DNA of 64,000 bases. Origin: an uncultured Solirubrobacterales bacterium (GTDB lineage: Bacteria; Actinomycetota; Thermoleophilia; Solirubrobacterales; 70-9). Position 1 is the stretch's first letter; each line of letters begins with the position of its first letter. The stretch is from positions 22,250 to 86,249 of the forward strand of contig CAVSHD010000008.1 in assembly GCA_963727615.1 (NCBI GenBank). Direction: 5' to 3'. The translations under genes were made by a program, and so were the position numbers. The notes beneath the pieces are model-generated. The model was given only the letters and a program-made list of their open reading frames with translations. It searched no databases and had not been told where the DNA came from. Below, piece by piece: positions 30,854 to 40,418 of this stretch.

Positions 30854-31850
30854 ATCAGGGTCTTCCTCACAGGCGCGACCGGGTTCATCGGCGGCACGTG
30901 GCCGGCAGCTGCGAGACCGCGGCGACGAGGTCGTCTGCCTCGTCCGCAGCCCCGAGAAAGCGGCGAAGCTGACCGAGATCGGGTGCGAGGCCGTGCCCGG
31001 CGACCTCGGCGACCGAGCGGCGATGAGCGAGGCGATGAAGGGCTGCGACGCGGTCATCCACGCGGCGGCGATGTACGAGGTCGGGATCCCCGCGTCCCAG
31101 CACGCGGCGATGCACGAGGCGAACGTCGTCGGCACCGAAAACGCCCTCACGGCTGCGCGCGACGCGGGCATCGGAAAGATCGTCTACGTCTCGACCTGCG
31201 GCGCCTTCGGCAACACCCATCACCAGATCGTCGACGAGACCTACCGCCACCCGGGCGAGGGCTACAGCTCCTACTACGAGCAGACCAAGGTCGAAGCGCA
31301 CCGGATCGCCGACCGGATGATCGAGGACGGGCTGCCCTGCGTGATCGTGCAGCCCGGGGGCGTCTACGGGCCCGGCGACGAGTCCCAGCTCGACAGCCTG
31401 CTCGACCAGTTCCTCTCCGGGAAGATGCCGCTCATCCCCTTCCCCGAGCTCGGCCTCTGCCTCGCCCACGTCGAGGACACGGCGGCGGGCATCGTCCTCG
31501 CGCTCGACAAGGGCCGGAAGGGTGAGACCTACGTGATCGCCGGGCCGCCGACGACGATGAGGGAGGCGGTCGAGACCGTCGCCAGGGTCTCCGGGCGCAA
31601 GGCGCCCAAGCGGGCCCTGCCGACCGTCGCGATGAAGGCGTTGAGGCCGATCGGGCCGCTGGTCGGCAGACTCATGGGCCAGCCGCCGAACCTGCGCGAG
31701 CTGATCAGCTCCGCGGACAACATCACCTTCTGGGCGACGAGCGAGAAGGCGGCCGACGAGCTCGGCTTCGACCCGCTCGGGGTCGAGGAGGGCATCCGCG
31801 CGGACGCTCGAGGGGGACGATCGCCTCCCGGACCCCGGCCGCCGCCTGAG
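30854..31850 (+). CDS. NAD-dependent epimerase/dehydratase (extended SDR), frameshifted; no canonical start codon
   Basis: (I)RVFLTGATGFIGG Rossmann motif in one frame, then QLRDRGDEVVCLVR...YSSYYEQTK in the frame of ORF 30597... The switch is near 30900, with a second disruption near 31797. The 3' end is uncertain. Confidence 0.7.
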
Positions 31851-31863
31851 ACCCGGAGCCACG

Positions 31864-32730
31864 ATGAGGGTCATCGACGTCGAGCACCTCGGGCGACCGC
31901 ACGTGATCGGCTGCTGGGAGGTCGACGGCGCGCTCGTCGACCCCGGCCCCGAGTCCTCGCTGGAGACGCTGCTCGCGGAGCTCGGGCCGGAGCCGCCGCG
32001 GGCGATCCTCCTCACCCACATCCACCTGGACCACGCCGCCGCGACGGGCGCATCGTGCGGCGCTGGCCCGACACGCCGGTCTATGTCCACGAGCGCGGCG
32101 CCCCGCACCTGATCGAGCCCTCGCGGCTGCTGGCCAGCGCCGAGCGACTCTACGGCGACCAGATGGAGCGCCTCTGGGGCGAGATCGTCCCGGTTCCCGA
32201 GCGAAACGTGCACGCCCTCTCAGGGGGCGAGTCGGTGCTCGGGATGCGGGTCGCGTACACGCCCGGCCACGCCTCGCACCACGTCTGCTACCTGCACGAG
32301 GAGAGCGGCGCCGCGTTCGTCGGCGACGTGGCCGCCGTCCTCATTCCCGACGCCGACCTGGTCGTCCCGCCGACGCCGCCACCCGACATCGACATCGAGG
32401 CCTGGCTCGACTCGATCGGCACGGTCGAAGCCTGGGAGCCCGAGCGGCTGGCGATCACCCATTTCGGCGATGTCGATTCCCCCGCCGAGCACCTGTCCAT
32501 TGTCCGCGAGCGCCTCGTCGAGGAGGCGCGGCTGGCCCGCGAGCTGAGCGAGGCCGAGTACGAGCGCCACCATCGCGAGCTCGTCGCCGAGCGGGCCGCG
32601 ACCGAGGCCGCGGCCGCCGAGCTGATCCAGTGCGTCCCGCCCCAGTACCAGTGGCGCGGCCTCGACAGATATTGGAACAAGCTCGCGGAGAGGCAGGAGG
32701 CGGTCAAGGTCAGAAGGGTCGTCCGGGTAG
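31864..32730 (+). CDS. MBL-fold metallo-hydrolase, frameshifted; 3' end unresolved
   Basis: LLTHIHLDHAAATG (HxHxDH motif) in ORF 31864..32112, continuing as ...PVYVHERGAPHL...YTPGHASHH in the frame of ORF 30597... The switch is near 32040. That frame then runs on antisense to dapL without a stop. Confidence 0.7.
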
Positions 32731-32827
32731 GGCCGGAACGTCTTGTACTTTTCCCGCCGCGCCATTGGCGGACGGCCACAGCCCCTCCTCGGGAAAAGTT
32801 AAGTGGAGGTCCTACCCGGACGACCCC

Positions 32828-34007
32828 TCATGCAAGATGCTTGCGCATCCGCTCGACCGCCTCTTCGATGCGGTCGTCGGGCGTCGTCAGCGAGATCCGG
32901 AAGAAGCCCTCGCCGCTGGGCCCGTACATCGAGCCCGGTGAGACGATCACCGCCGCCTCCTCCAGCACCAGCTCTGAGAACGAGGTCGAGGTATGGCCCT
33001 CGGGGACCGGAGCCCAGACGTAGATGGTCCCCCTCGGAGCGGCGACCTCGACGCCGATCTCGCGCAGCGCCGCCGACGACCAGGTCGCGGCGGCGGGCGT
33101 AGGCCTCGTTCATCCGCTCGAGTGGGCCACTCGGCCCCTGCAGGGCGGCGACGCCGGCCATCTGCACCGCCTCGAAGAGCCCCGAGTCGACGTTCGTCTT
33201 CAGCCGCCAGTAGGTGGCGATCGCCTCGGCGTTGCCGAGGATCGCGGCGCAGCGCCAGCCGGTCATGTTGTAGCCCTTGGAGAGCGAGAAGACCTCGACG
33301 CCGACCTCCTTCGCTCCCGGCGTCGCCAGGAAGCTCGGCGCGACGTAGCCGTCGTAGGTGGTCTCCGAGTAGGCGTTGTCGTGGACGACGAGGATCTCGT
33401 GCTCACGGGCGAAGGAGACGACCATCTCGAAGAACCCCTCGGGGACGACGGCCCCGCTCGGGTTGTTCGGGTAGTTGAGGAACATCAGGCGGGCGCGGGC
33501 GGCGACGTCGGCAGGCACCGCGCCGAGATCGGGTGCGAAGCCCAGCTCGGGGACGAGCGGCAGCAGCTCCGGCGTCGCCCCGGCGAGGATCGGGCCGCCG
33601 GTGTAGACCGGATAACCGGGGTCGGAGGCGAGCGCCACGTCGCCCGGGTCGAGAAAGGCGAAGCAGAGGTTGTAGATGCACTCCTTGGCGCCGATCGCCG
33701 GGATCACCTCGTCCTCGGGGTCGATCTCGACCCCGAAGCGCTCGCCGTAGAAGGCCGCGAAGGCCTCGCGGAACTCGGCCCGGCCACGATTGCTCGGGTA
33801 GCTCTGGTTGCCGGGGTCGGCGACGGCCTCCTGCATGGCCTTGACGATGTGGGGATAGGTGGGCTCGTCGGGGTCGCCGATGCCGAGGCTGATCACGTCG
33901 ACGCCCGCCGCCCGCTTGTCGGCGACGCGCCGCTCGAGCTCGGCGAACATGTACGGGGGCATCGCCTCGAGTCGCTTGGAGGGGTCGGTGATTCCCATGG
34001 GCGCCAA
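32828..34007 (-). CDS. dapL: LL-diaminopimelate aminotransferase-like class I/II aminotransferase, frameshifted in this assembly
   Basis: MPPYMFAELERRV...VISLGIGDPD...YPNNPSGA...SLSKGYNMTGWR (PLP lysine). The C-terminus (...VWAPVPEGHTS...FFRISLTTPDDRIEEAVERMRKHLA*) is in another frame, switching near 33078. Confidence 0.75.
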
Positions 34008-34032
34008 AATCTATTCGTATTCGCTCCCCGGC

Positions 34033-34890
34033 TCAGTCGATCGACTCGAGCCGGGAGACGAGCTCGGGCGAGAGCTCGCCGGCGCAGACCGGCTCGGCCC
34101 AGCCGGTGAGGCGCACGTCGAGCCCCTCGGAGACCTCGACCTCGAGCTCGCCGCCATCGAGAACGATCGTGAAAGGGCCGGCGACGCCATTGAGGAAGGC
34201 GGCGACGGCGGCGCCGCTGGCCCCCGTGCCGGACGACAGGGTCTCCCCCACCCCGCGCTCGAAGATTCGCGCTCGCAGCCGGCCGTCACCGGCGCCGTGG
34301 CTGTCGAAGAAGGAGACGTTGGTGCGATTCGGGAAGAGCTCGTGGCCTTCTATCTCGGGCCCGATCGCGCCGAGGTCGAGGCCCTCCAGCCCCTCGCCGA
34401 CGGCGATCGCGCACTGCGGATTGCCGATTGAGACGTGCTGGAACTCCCACTCGCGCCCGGCCGCGGCCAGCGTGCCGCGGCCGTCCGGAGGGCCGGAGGG
34501 GAAATCTCCCGAAGTCGTCGATGCCCGGCCCATCTCGACCGAGCAGGTGCGCTCCGAGGCGATCGTCGGCGTGACCGGGCCCGCCGCGGTCAGAATCGAG
34601 AAGGTGTCGGCATCGGTCCAGCCGTTGCGGCGGAGGTAGAGGATCGCCTCACGGGCGCCGTTGCCGGAGAGCTCGGCCTCGGTGCCGTCCGGGTTGAAGA
34701 TCCGCAGCTCGGCGACGTGGGCCGGGTCGCTGCTGCGCGAGAGCAGCAGAATGCCGTCGGAGCCGACGCCGAAGTGCGGGTCGCAGACCAGCCGCGCCCG
34801 GGGGCCGGTCAGCTCCCAGGGCAGCCCCTCGCGCTCGAGGATCACGTAGTCGTTGCCGAGCGCCTGCCACTTCTCGAATCGCACGGTCAC
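34033..34890 (-). CDS. dapF: Diaminopimelate epimerase
   Basis: Intact 285 aa. ALGNDYVIL, GVGSDGILLL, FNPDGTEAELSGNG and ERGVGETLSSGTGA motifs. Confidence 0.9.
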   Translation of the reverse strand: MTVRFEKWQALGNDYVILEREGLPWELTGPRARLVCDPHFGVGSDGILLLSRSSDPAHVAELRIFNPDGTEAELSGNGAREAILYLRRNGWTDADTFSILTAAGPVTPTIASERTCSVEMGRASTTSGDFPSGPPDGRGTLAAAGREWEFQHVSIGNPQCAIAVGEGLEGLDLGAIGPEIEGHELFPNRTNVSFFDSHGAGDGRLRARIFERGVGETLSSGTGASGAAVAAFLNGVAGPFTIVLDGGELEVEVSEGLDVRLTGWAEPVCAGELSPELVSRLESID

Positions 34891-34897
34891 CTCCGGG

Positions 34898-36313
34898 TCA
34901 GGCGGCCACGGCTTGGACCCGCTCGCGCAGGCGTACCCGCAGGCCTCGCGGGCTCATCGTGAAGCCGAGCAGCTCGGTGACGGGCCCCGCCTCCGGGTCG
35001 AGCTCGATCTCGAAATTGCGGGCGATCATGCCCAGTGCCGTCTTCGCCTCGAGGAAGGCGAGGTTGCGGCCGGGGCAGAACCGCGGGCCGGCGCCGAACG
35101 TCAGGAACGACTTCTGCGCGGGGACCTCGAGCCGATCGTCGTCCTCGAGCCAGCGCTCCGGCCTGAACTCCTCGTCTCGGTCCACCACCTGCCTGCCGGC
35201 ATGGCGGTGGAGGAGGACCAGCCGGGTTCCGGCCGGGATGCCGACCCCGGCGATCTCGGTGTCGGACAGCGGCTCGACTCCCGAGATCGGGACCACCGGC
35301 GTCAGCCGCATCGACTCGCGCAGGACGCCCTCGCCGTAGCGGAAGCCCTCCACCGTCTCGTACTCGGTCGCGTGGGTCTCCTCCCCCAGCACCTCGCAGG
35401 CCTCCTCCGCCCAGCGGTCCTGGACCTCGGGGCGCTCGGCCAGCGACCAGATCGTCCACGCCATCGAGTGCGACGTGGTGTCCTCGCCGGCGAGCAGCAG
35501 GGTGAAGACGTTGGCGAGGATCTCGTCGTCGCTGAACGTGCCGTCCTTTTCCTGGGCCGCGATCATCCCCTCGAGGAAGTTCTCCGGCTCGTCACGAAGC
35601 TCGGGGCGGGCCGCGATCCGCTCCCGGGTTCGATCCATGAAGCCCGCCACCGCCGGCCGCAACGCCGCCAGCGAGCGGTCCAGGGCGCGATCGGCGGGCA
35701 GCTTGAACCAGCGCCAGTAGGGCAGCACGGCGAAGAGGCGACGGTTGGTCATGTGGAAGACGCGGTGCAGATGCTCCTGGATCTCGACGTCTCCGCCCTC
35801 GAGGGTGTTGAGGTCGTGTCCGAATGCGAGCGCCGAGGTGACGTCGACCGTGAACGAGGAGAGGGCCTCGCCGATGGCGAGGGTCTCGCCGTTGCGGGCC
35901 GCCCGTTGAAGCCTGCCGTGCAGCCGCCCGGTGCAGGTGCTGACGACCTCGAAGTAGCGCTGCAGATGGTTGCTGTTGAGCGCCGTGACCGCCAGTCGCC
36001 GCGCCCGGCGCCAATCGTCGCCCTCGGCGGCGAAGACCCCCGGGGTTCCCCACATCTCTTCGGTGATCGTCTCGATCTCGCTCCAGCGCCGGAAGCCGTC
36101 CGGGCGCTCGCGCAGGACCGCGTTGACGACATCGACGTCGCCGAGCACGACGATTCTGCGCGGGCCAAGGTCGAAGCGATAGATCGGGCCGTACTCCTCG
36201 CACCAGCGCTCCGCCGTCCGGTGCGCGCGCGTCGGGCGGCTCTGGTGCGCGTTGCCGATGAGCGGCAGGCGCCTCGGGCCAGGCAGATCCTCGATCGTGC
36301 GCGTGGCGGCCAT
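34898..36313 (-). CDS. Cytochrome P450
   Basis: Intact 471 aa. Heme-binding FGAGPRFCPGRNLA, EXXR (ESMR) and the I-helix motif LLLAGEDTTS. Confidence 0.9.
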   Translation of the reverse strand: MAATRTIEDLPGPRRLPLIGNAHQSRPTRAHRTAERWCEEYGPIYRFDLGPRRIVVLGDVDVVNAVLRERPDGFRRWSEIETITEEMWGTPGVFAAEGDDWRRARRLAVTALNSNHLQRYFEVVSTCTGRLHGRLQRAARNGETLAIGEALSSFTVDVTSALAFGHDLNTLEGGDVEIQEHLHRVFHMTNRRLFAVLPYWRWFKLPADRALDRSLAALRPAVAGFMDRTRERIAARPELRDEPENFLEGMIAAQEKDGTFSDDEILANVFTLLLAGEDTTSHSMAWTIWSLAERPEVQDRWAEEACEVLGEETHATEYETVEGFRYGEGVLRESMRLTPVVPISGVEPLSDTEIAGVGIPAGTRLVLLHRHAGRQVVDRDEEFRPERWLEDDDRLEVPAQKSFLTFGAGPRFCPGRNLAFLEAKTALGMIARNFEIELDPEAGPVTELLGFTMSPRGLRVRLRERVQAVAA

Positions 36314-36385
36314 CTCGGCGTCAGTTTCTCAGATGGGCATGGCGCCCTCCCGCGGGGACCCGAGGCACCGGCTCGGGCGCGGCGG

Positions 36386-37110
36386 TCAGATCCGGGACGC
36401 GATCTCGGCCGCGACCTCGGCGTCGCCGCGCCCGGCGCGATCGATCCGCTCCAGGTTCGCGACCTTTCGCATCCAGGTGAGCTGACGGCGGGCGTAGTTG
36501 CGCGAGCGCCGCTTCATCAGCTCGAGGTCGCCGCCGAGCAGCTCGTCGAAGCCGAGCGCCTTGCGGGCGGTGCGCGAGGGGCCGGCCCCCTCCGCCCTCC
36601 GCACCTCCTCGACCGCGCCCGAGGCGGCGATCGCCTCGGTCCGCGCGTCGATCCGCTCGTACAGCTCCCCTCGCGCCATGTCGAGGCCGAAGATCGTCGT
36701 CGGGTGGCGAGTCGCGGGCGACCACAGCTCCGAGTCCTCGGCGCCCGGCTCCGCCTTGACGAGGGAGAGCTGCGCAACGGCCGCCCGCAGGTAGAGCCCG
36801 GTGCCACCGACGACGATCGGCCTCCTCCCCCCCTCAAGCGCGGCGTCGACCTCGCGGTGCGCGAGCTTCATGTAATCGCCGACCGAGAAGGGCCGGTGAC
36901 GGGGACGAAGCCGACCAGCCGGTGCTCGAGCCGCGCTCGCTCGGCCTCCGTCGCCGCGCCGGTGAGCAGCGACAGCCCCTCGTACACCTGCAGCGCGTCG
37001 CAGGAGATCGCCACCGGATCCTCCCCCCGCTCCCGTAACAGGTCCGCCAGCTCCAAGGCCACGCCTGTCTTGCCCACCCCGGTCGGCCCGAAAATGGCTA
37101 GGACCTGCAC
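36386..37110 (-). CDS. miaA: tRNA dimethylallyltransferase, frameshifted in this assembly
   Basis: P-loop FGPTGVGKT in ORF 36868..37110. The remainder (VGGTGLYLRA...YARRQLTWMR) is in ORF 36386..36871. The switch is near 36895 and the start is GTG. Confidence 0.88.
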
Positions 37111-37207
37111 GGCGCCCTACGGGATGGGGGCACTACCCCGAACGGCTTGTGCCGAAGGCTGAGAGAGGGGTAGTGCCCCCATCCCGCCGAGGATCGTGGA
37201 GGGCGCC
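37111..37207. repeat. Nested inverted repeat (potential long stem-loop) filling the miaB-miaA intergenic region
   Basis: The inner arms are perfect 19-mers: GGGATGGGGGCACTACCCC (37121-37139) and GGGGTAGTGCCCCCATCCC (37167-37185). The outer arms are GGCGCCCT (37111-37118) and AGGGCGCC (37200-37207). Confidence 0.8.
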
Positions 37208-37208
37208 A

Positions 37209-38537
37209 TCACCGGATCAGTTGAGTGAGGGGCTTCGCCGCTACCCCGGTCAGCGTCTGCGACGTAGCGGAGCCGATCTCGACCGCGACGAGCTCGCCCG
37301 GCTCGGCGATCCCCTCGAAGTTGACCGCCTTGTTGTGTCGCGTGCGCCCGCGCAGCCGCGTCTCGTCGGTGCGGCTCGTGCCCTCGACGAGGACCTCCAT
37401 CTCGCGGCCGACGAACCGCAGCGCCCGTTCGCCCGCCCGCCGCTGGACCAGCTCGACCAGCCTTTCCATGCGCTCGACCTTGACCGGGTGCGGGACCTGG
37501 CCGTCGAGGGTCGCCGCCTCCGTCTCGCGACGTGGCGAGAAGACGAAGGTGAAGGCGCCGTCGTAGCCGACCTCCTCGACCACCTCCAGGGTCTGCTCGA
37601 AATCGGCCTCGGTCTCGCCCGGGAAGCCGACGATGATGTCGGTCGTGATCGCGCAGTCGGGAACGTGCTCGCGGATCAGCGCGACTCGATCCAGATAGCG
37701 ACCGCGGTCGTACGTGCGCCGCATCCGTTTCAGGATCGGGCTGGAACCGGATTGCAGGGGCAGGTGGACGTGCTCGCAGAGCGAGTCGAGCTCGGCGTGG
37801 GCGCGGACGACGTCCTCCTTCATGTCCTTCGGGTGGGGGCTCGTGTAGCGGACCCGCTCGATCCCGTCGACCGCGTCGATCTCGGCAAGCAGCTCGGCGA
37901 ACCCGATCCGGGTCTCGCCGGCGAGGTCGCGGCCATAGCTGTTGACATTCTGGCCGAGCAGGGTGACCTCGCGGACTCCGTCGGCCGCCAGCGCCCGCGC
38001 CTCGTCGACCAGCTCGCCCGGGTCGCGGCTCACCTCGCGGCCGCGGGTCGAGGGGACGATGCAGTAGGAGCAGCGACAGTTGCAGCCCTGCGAGATCTGC
38101 AGCCACGCCTGGAAGGGACGCTCACGGCGGGCCGGGAGGTGGCCGGAGAAGTCCTCGAACTCGAAGTAGCCCTGGGCGCTCAGCGAGTCGGAGGCGAGGA
38201 AGTCGGCGAGCCGCTGTATCTGGCCTGGTCCGAAGGCGACGTCGACGAAGGGAAAGCGCCTGAAGACCTCGTCCTTGACCGACTGCGCCCAACAGCCGCC
38301 GACGCCGACGACCCGCTCCGGGTCTTCGGCCTTGAGCCGCTTCGCCTCGCCGAGATGGGCAATGAAGCGGTTGTCTGCCGACTCGCGGATCGAGCAGGTG
38401 TTGAAGAGGATCAGGTCGGCGTCCTCGCGGCTCTCCGCCTGCTCGTAGCCGAGCGACTCGAGCATGCCCTGCATGCGCTCGGAGTCGTGCACGTTCATCT
38501 GACACCCGAAGGTCGTTACGTGGAACCTCTTCCCCAT
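37209..38537 (-). CDS. miaB: tRNA-i6A37 methylthiotransferase (radical SAM)
   Basis: MGKRFHVTTFGCQMNVHDSE, the radical-SAM motif GCNCRCSYCIVP and a TRAM domain at the C-terminus. The internal Met at 38537 is preferred over the ORF start at 38612. Confidence 0.92.
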   Translation of the reverse strand: MGKRFHVTTFGCQMNVHDSERMQGMLESLGYEQAESREDADLILFNTCSIRESADNRFIAHLGEAKRLKAEDPERVVGVGGCWAQSVKDEVFRRFPFVDVAFGPGQIQRLADFLASDSLSAQGYFEFEDFSGHLPARRERPFQAWLQISQGCNCRCSYCIVPSTRGREVSRDPGELVDEARALAADGVREVTLLGQNVNSYGRDLAGETRIGFAELLAEIDAVDGIERVRYTSPHPKDMKEDVVRAHAELDSLCEHVHLPLQSGSSPILKRMRRTYDRGRYLDRVALIREHVPDCAITTDIIVGFPGETEADFEQTLEVVEEVGYDGAFTFVFSPRRETEAATLDGQVPHPVKVERMERLVELVQRRAGERALRFVGREMEVLVEGTSRTDETRLRGRTRHNKAVNFEGIAEPGELVAVEIGSATSQTLTGVAAKPLTQLIR

Positions 38538-38639
38538 CGCACCCCAGATTACTGACGGTGCGGAGACAAGCAGGTCGCGGGACGCAGGGAGCGAAGCGTG
38601 CTCCGCACGCAAGCGCCCGAGGACGCCGATATGCGCCGG

Positions 38640-39236
38640 CTACCGGACCGTCAGGGTGCCGATCATGCCGGCGTCGGCGTGCCCCGGGATCGTGCAGAGG
38701 AAGGTGTAGGTGCCGGGCGCCAGGTCGGCGGTGACGGATGTCTTGCCTTCGGCGATCGTTTCCGAGACGGCGATCTGCTTGCCGTCCTGCTCGATTGCGA
38801 CATCGTGTTCCAGCGCCGCCGGATTGGTGAAGTCGATCGTCACTTCACCCGGTTCGCTGCTCAGTTCCTTCTTGTCGAAGGCGAGACCGGTGGCCGAGGC
38901 CGCCAGTTGCAGGGTGCCGCCGGGCCCGTTGACGGGCGCCTTCTGACCGCCGCTTTCCGGCGTGCCGGCCTCGGCCGGCGGGCCGCTGGAGCCTTCCTCG
39001 CCTTCTTCGAACTCTTCGCCCGCCTTTTCGAGCTCCCCGGCGCGGGCTTCCTGCTCCTCCTTGCCATTGAGGACGGCGTAGGTCGTGGTGACGCCGATCA
39101 TCGCCACGAAGACGAGAACTACCAGAGGCCCGAAGCGCCCGGGGAACTTCTCCGAGCGCAGACCGACGAAGCTGGTGATGACCGCGAGGGCGGCCAGGGC
39201 GCCACCACAGATGTAGAAGGTCGTGCTGTAGGACAT
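38640..39236 (-). CDS. Membrane-anchored cupredoxin (plastocyanin/azurin-like type 1 copper protein)
   Basis: Two N-terminal TM helices and an acidic linker. Copper ligands in HDVAIE ... FLCTIPGHADAGM. Confidence 0.75.
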   Translation of the reverse strand: MSYSTTFYICGGALAALAVITSFVGLRSEKFPGRFGPLVVLVFVAMIGVTTTYAVLNGKEEQEARAGELEKAGEEFEEGEEGSSGPPAEAGTPESGGQKAPVNGPGGTLQLAASATGLAFDKKELSSEPGEVTIDFTNPAALEHDVAIEQDGKQIAVSETIAEGKTSVTADLAPGTYTFLCTIPGHADAGMIGTLTVR

Positions 39237-39294
39237 GGCCGCGGCATCCTATCCACTAGCGGCGGCTGGAACCGGCGCGGTTTGGAACCGATCG

Positions 39295-40410
39295 TTAGGC
39301 CGCTTTGGCGGCCGCCACCGGGGGATTCGGCTCCGCGGCGTCGGCGCCGGACGCGGCCTGCTCCGCCGGGGCGGCCTCGCCGTCGAGGCCGAGCGCGGCC
39401 CGGATCTTGACTTCGATCTCCGCCGCCAGCTCCGGGTTGTCGGCGAGGAACTGCTTGGCGTTGTTGCGGCCCTGGCCCAACCGGGTTTCGCCGTAGGAGA
39501 AGAAGGAGCCCGATTTCTGGACCAGGTCGTGCTCCATGCCGAAGTCGAGCAGGCCCCCCTCGCGGGAGATTCCCTGCCCGTACTCGATGTCGAATTCCGC
39601 CTGGCGGAACGGGGCCGCCACTTTGTTCTTGACGACTTTGACCCGAACCCGGTTGCCTACCGCCTCGGTCCCTTCTTTGAGGGTTTCGATGCGGCGGATG
39701 TCGAGCCGCTGCGAGGCGGCGAACTTCAGTGCCCGGCCGCCCGGCTGGGTCTCGGGCGAGCCGAACTGGACGCCGACCTTTTCGCGGATCTGGTTGGTGA
39801 AGAGGCAGACGGTGTTGGTGCGGTTGAGGTTGCCCGCCAGTTTCCGCATCGCCTGCGACATCAGTCTCGCCTGAAGGCCGACGGTCTGGTCCCCGATCTG
39901 ACCCTCGAGCTCCGCCTTCGGCGTCAGCGCCGCGACCGAGTCGATCGCGACGACGTCGACCGCGGTCGAGGCGATCAGGCGGTCGGCGATCTGCAGCGCC
40001 TGCTCGCCGTAGTCGGGCTGGGAGACCAGCAGCTCGTCGCAATCGACGCCGATCGCGTTCGCGTAGATCGGGTCCATCGCGTGCTCGGTGTCGATGAACA
40101 CGCAGACCCCGCCCCTCGCCTGGGCCTCGGCGATGACGTGGTAGATCAGGGTCGTCTTGCCGGAAGACTCGGGTCCGAAGATCTCGACGATCCGGCCGCG
40201 GGGCACGCCGCCGATGCCGAGCGCCAGGTCGAGCGCGAGCGAGCCGGTCGGGATCGCCCCGATCTGCACCTTGCTGTCGGCGCCGAGACGCATCAGCAGG
40301 CCCTCGCCGAACTCCTTCCTGATGTGGGACACGGCGTTCTCGAGCGCCGCGTCTTTGGCCTTGGCCTCCTTGGCCGAGGCGTCCTTCAAAGCTGCTTTCT
40401 TATCTGCCAT
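39295..40410 (-). CDS. recA: Recombinase RecA
   Basis: [10 protein letters not shown] Walker A and canonical RecA sequence throughout. The ATG at 40410 with an AAGGAAGAG Shine-Dalgarno sequence is preferred over the GTG at 40422. Confidence 0.97.
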   Translation of the reverse strand: MADKKAALKDASAKEAKAKDAALENAVSHIRKEFGEGLLMRLGADSKVQIGAIPTGSLALDLALGIGGVPRGRIVEIFGPESSGKTTLIYHVIAEAQARGGVCVFIDTEHAMDPIYANAIGVDCDELLVSQPDYGEQALQIADRLIASTAVDVVAIDSVAALTPKAELEGQIGDQTVGLQARLMSQAMRKLAGNLNRTNTVCLFTNQIREKVGVQFGSPETQPGGRALKFAASQRLDIRRIETLKEGTEAVGNRVRVKVVKNKVAAPFRQAEFDIEYGQGISREGGLLDFGMEHDLVQKSGSFFSYGETRLGQGRNNAKQFLADNPELAAEIEVKIRAALGLDGEAAPAEQAASGADAAEPNPPVAAAKAA

Positions 40411-40418
40411 CTCTTCCT

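Noticed and set aside
32220-32765. - strand ORF starting MARREKYKTFRPYPDDPSDL...
   Set aside because: It is antisense to the MBL hydrolase gene. Only the first ~20 residues look protein-like and the rest is low-complexity.
30597-33023. 808-aa + strand ORF
   Set aside because: It is a concatenation of the hflX antisense strand, the epimerase, the MBL hydrolase and the dapL antisense strand. It is kept open by the absence of stops, not by a single gene.
34853-37162. 769-aa + strand ORF
   Set aside because: It is antisense to the P450 and miaA genes, both of which carry unmistakable motifs on the - strand.
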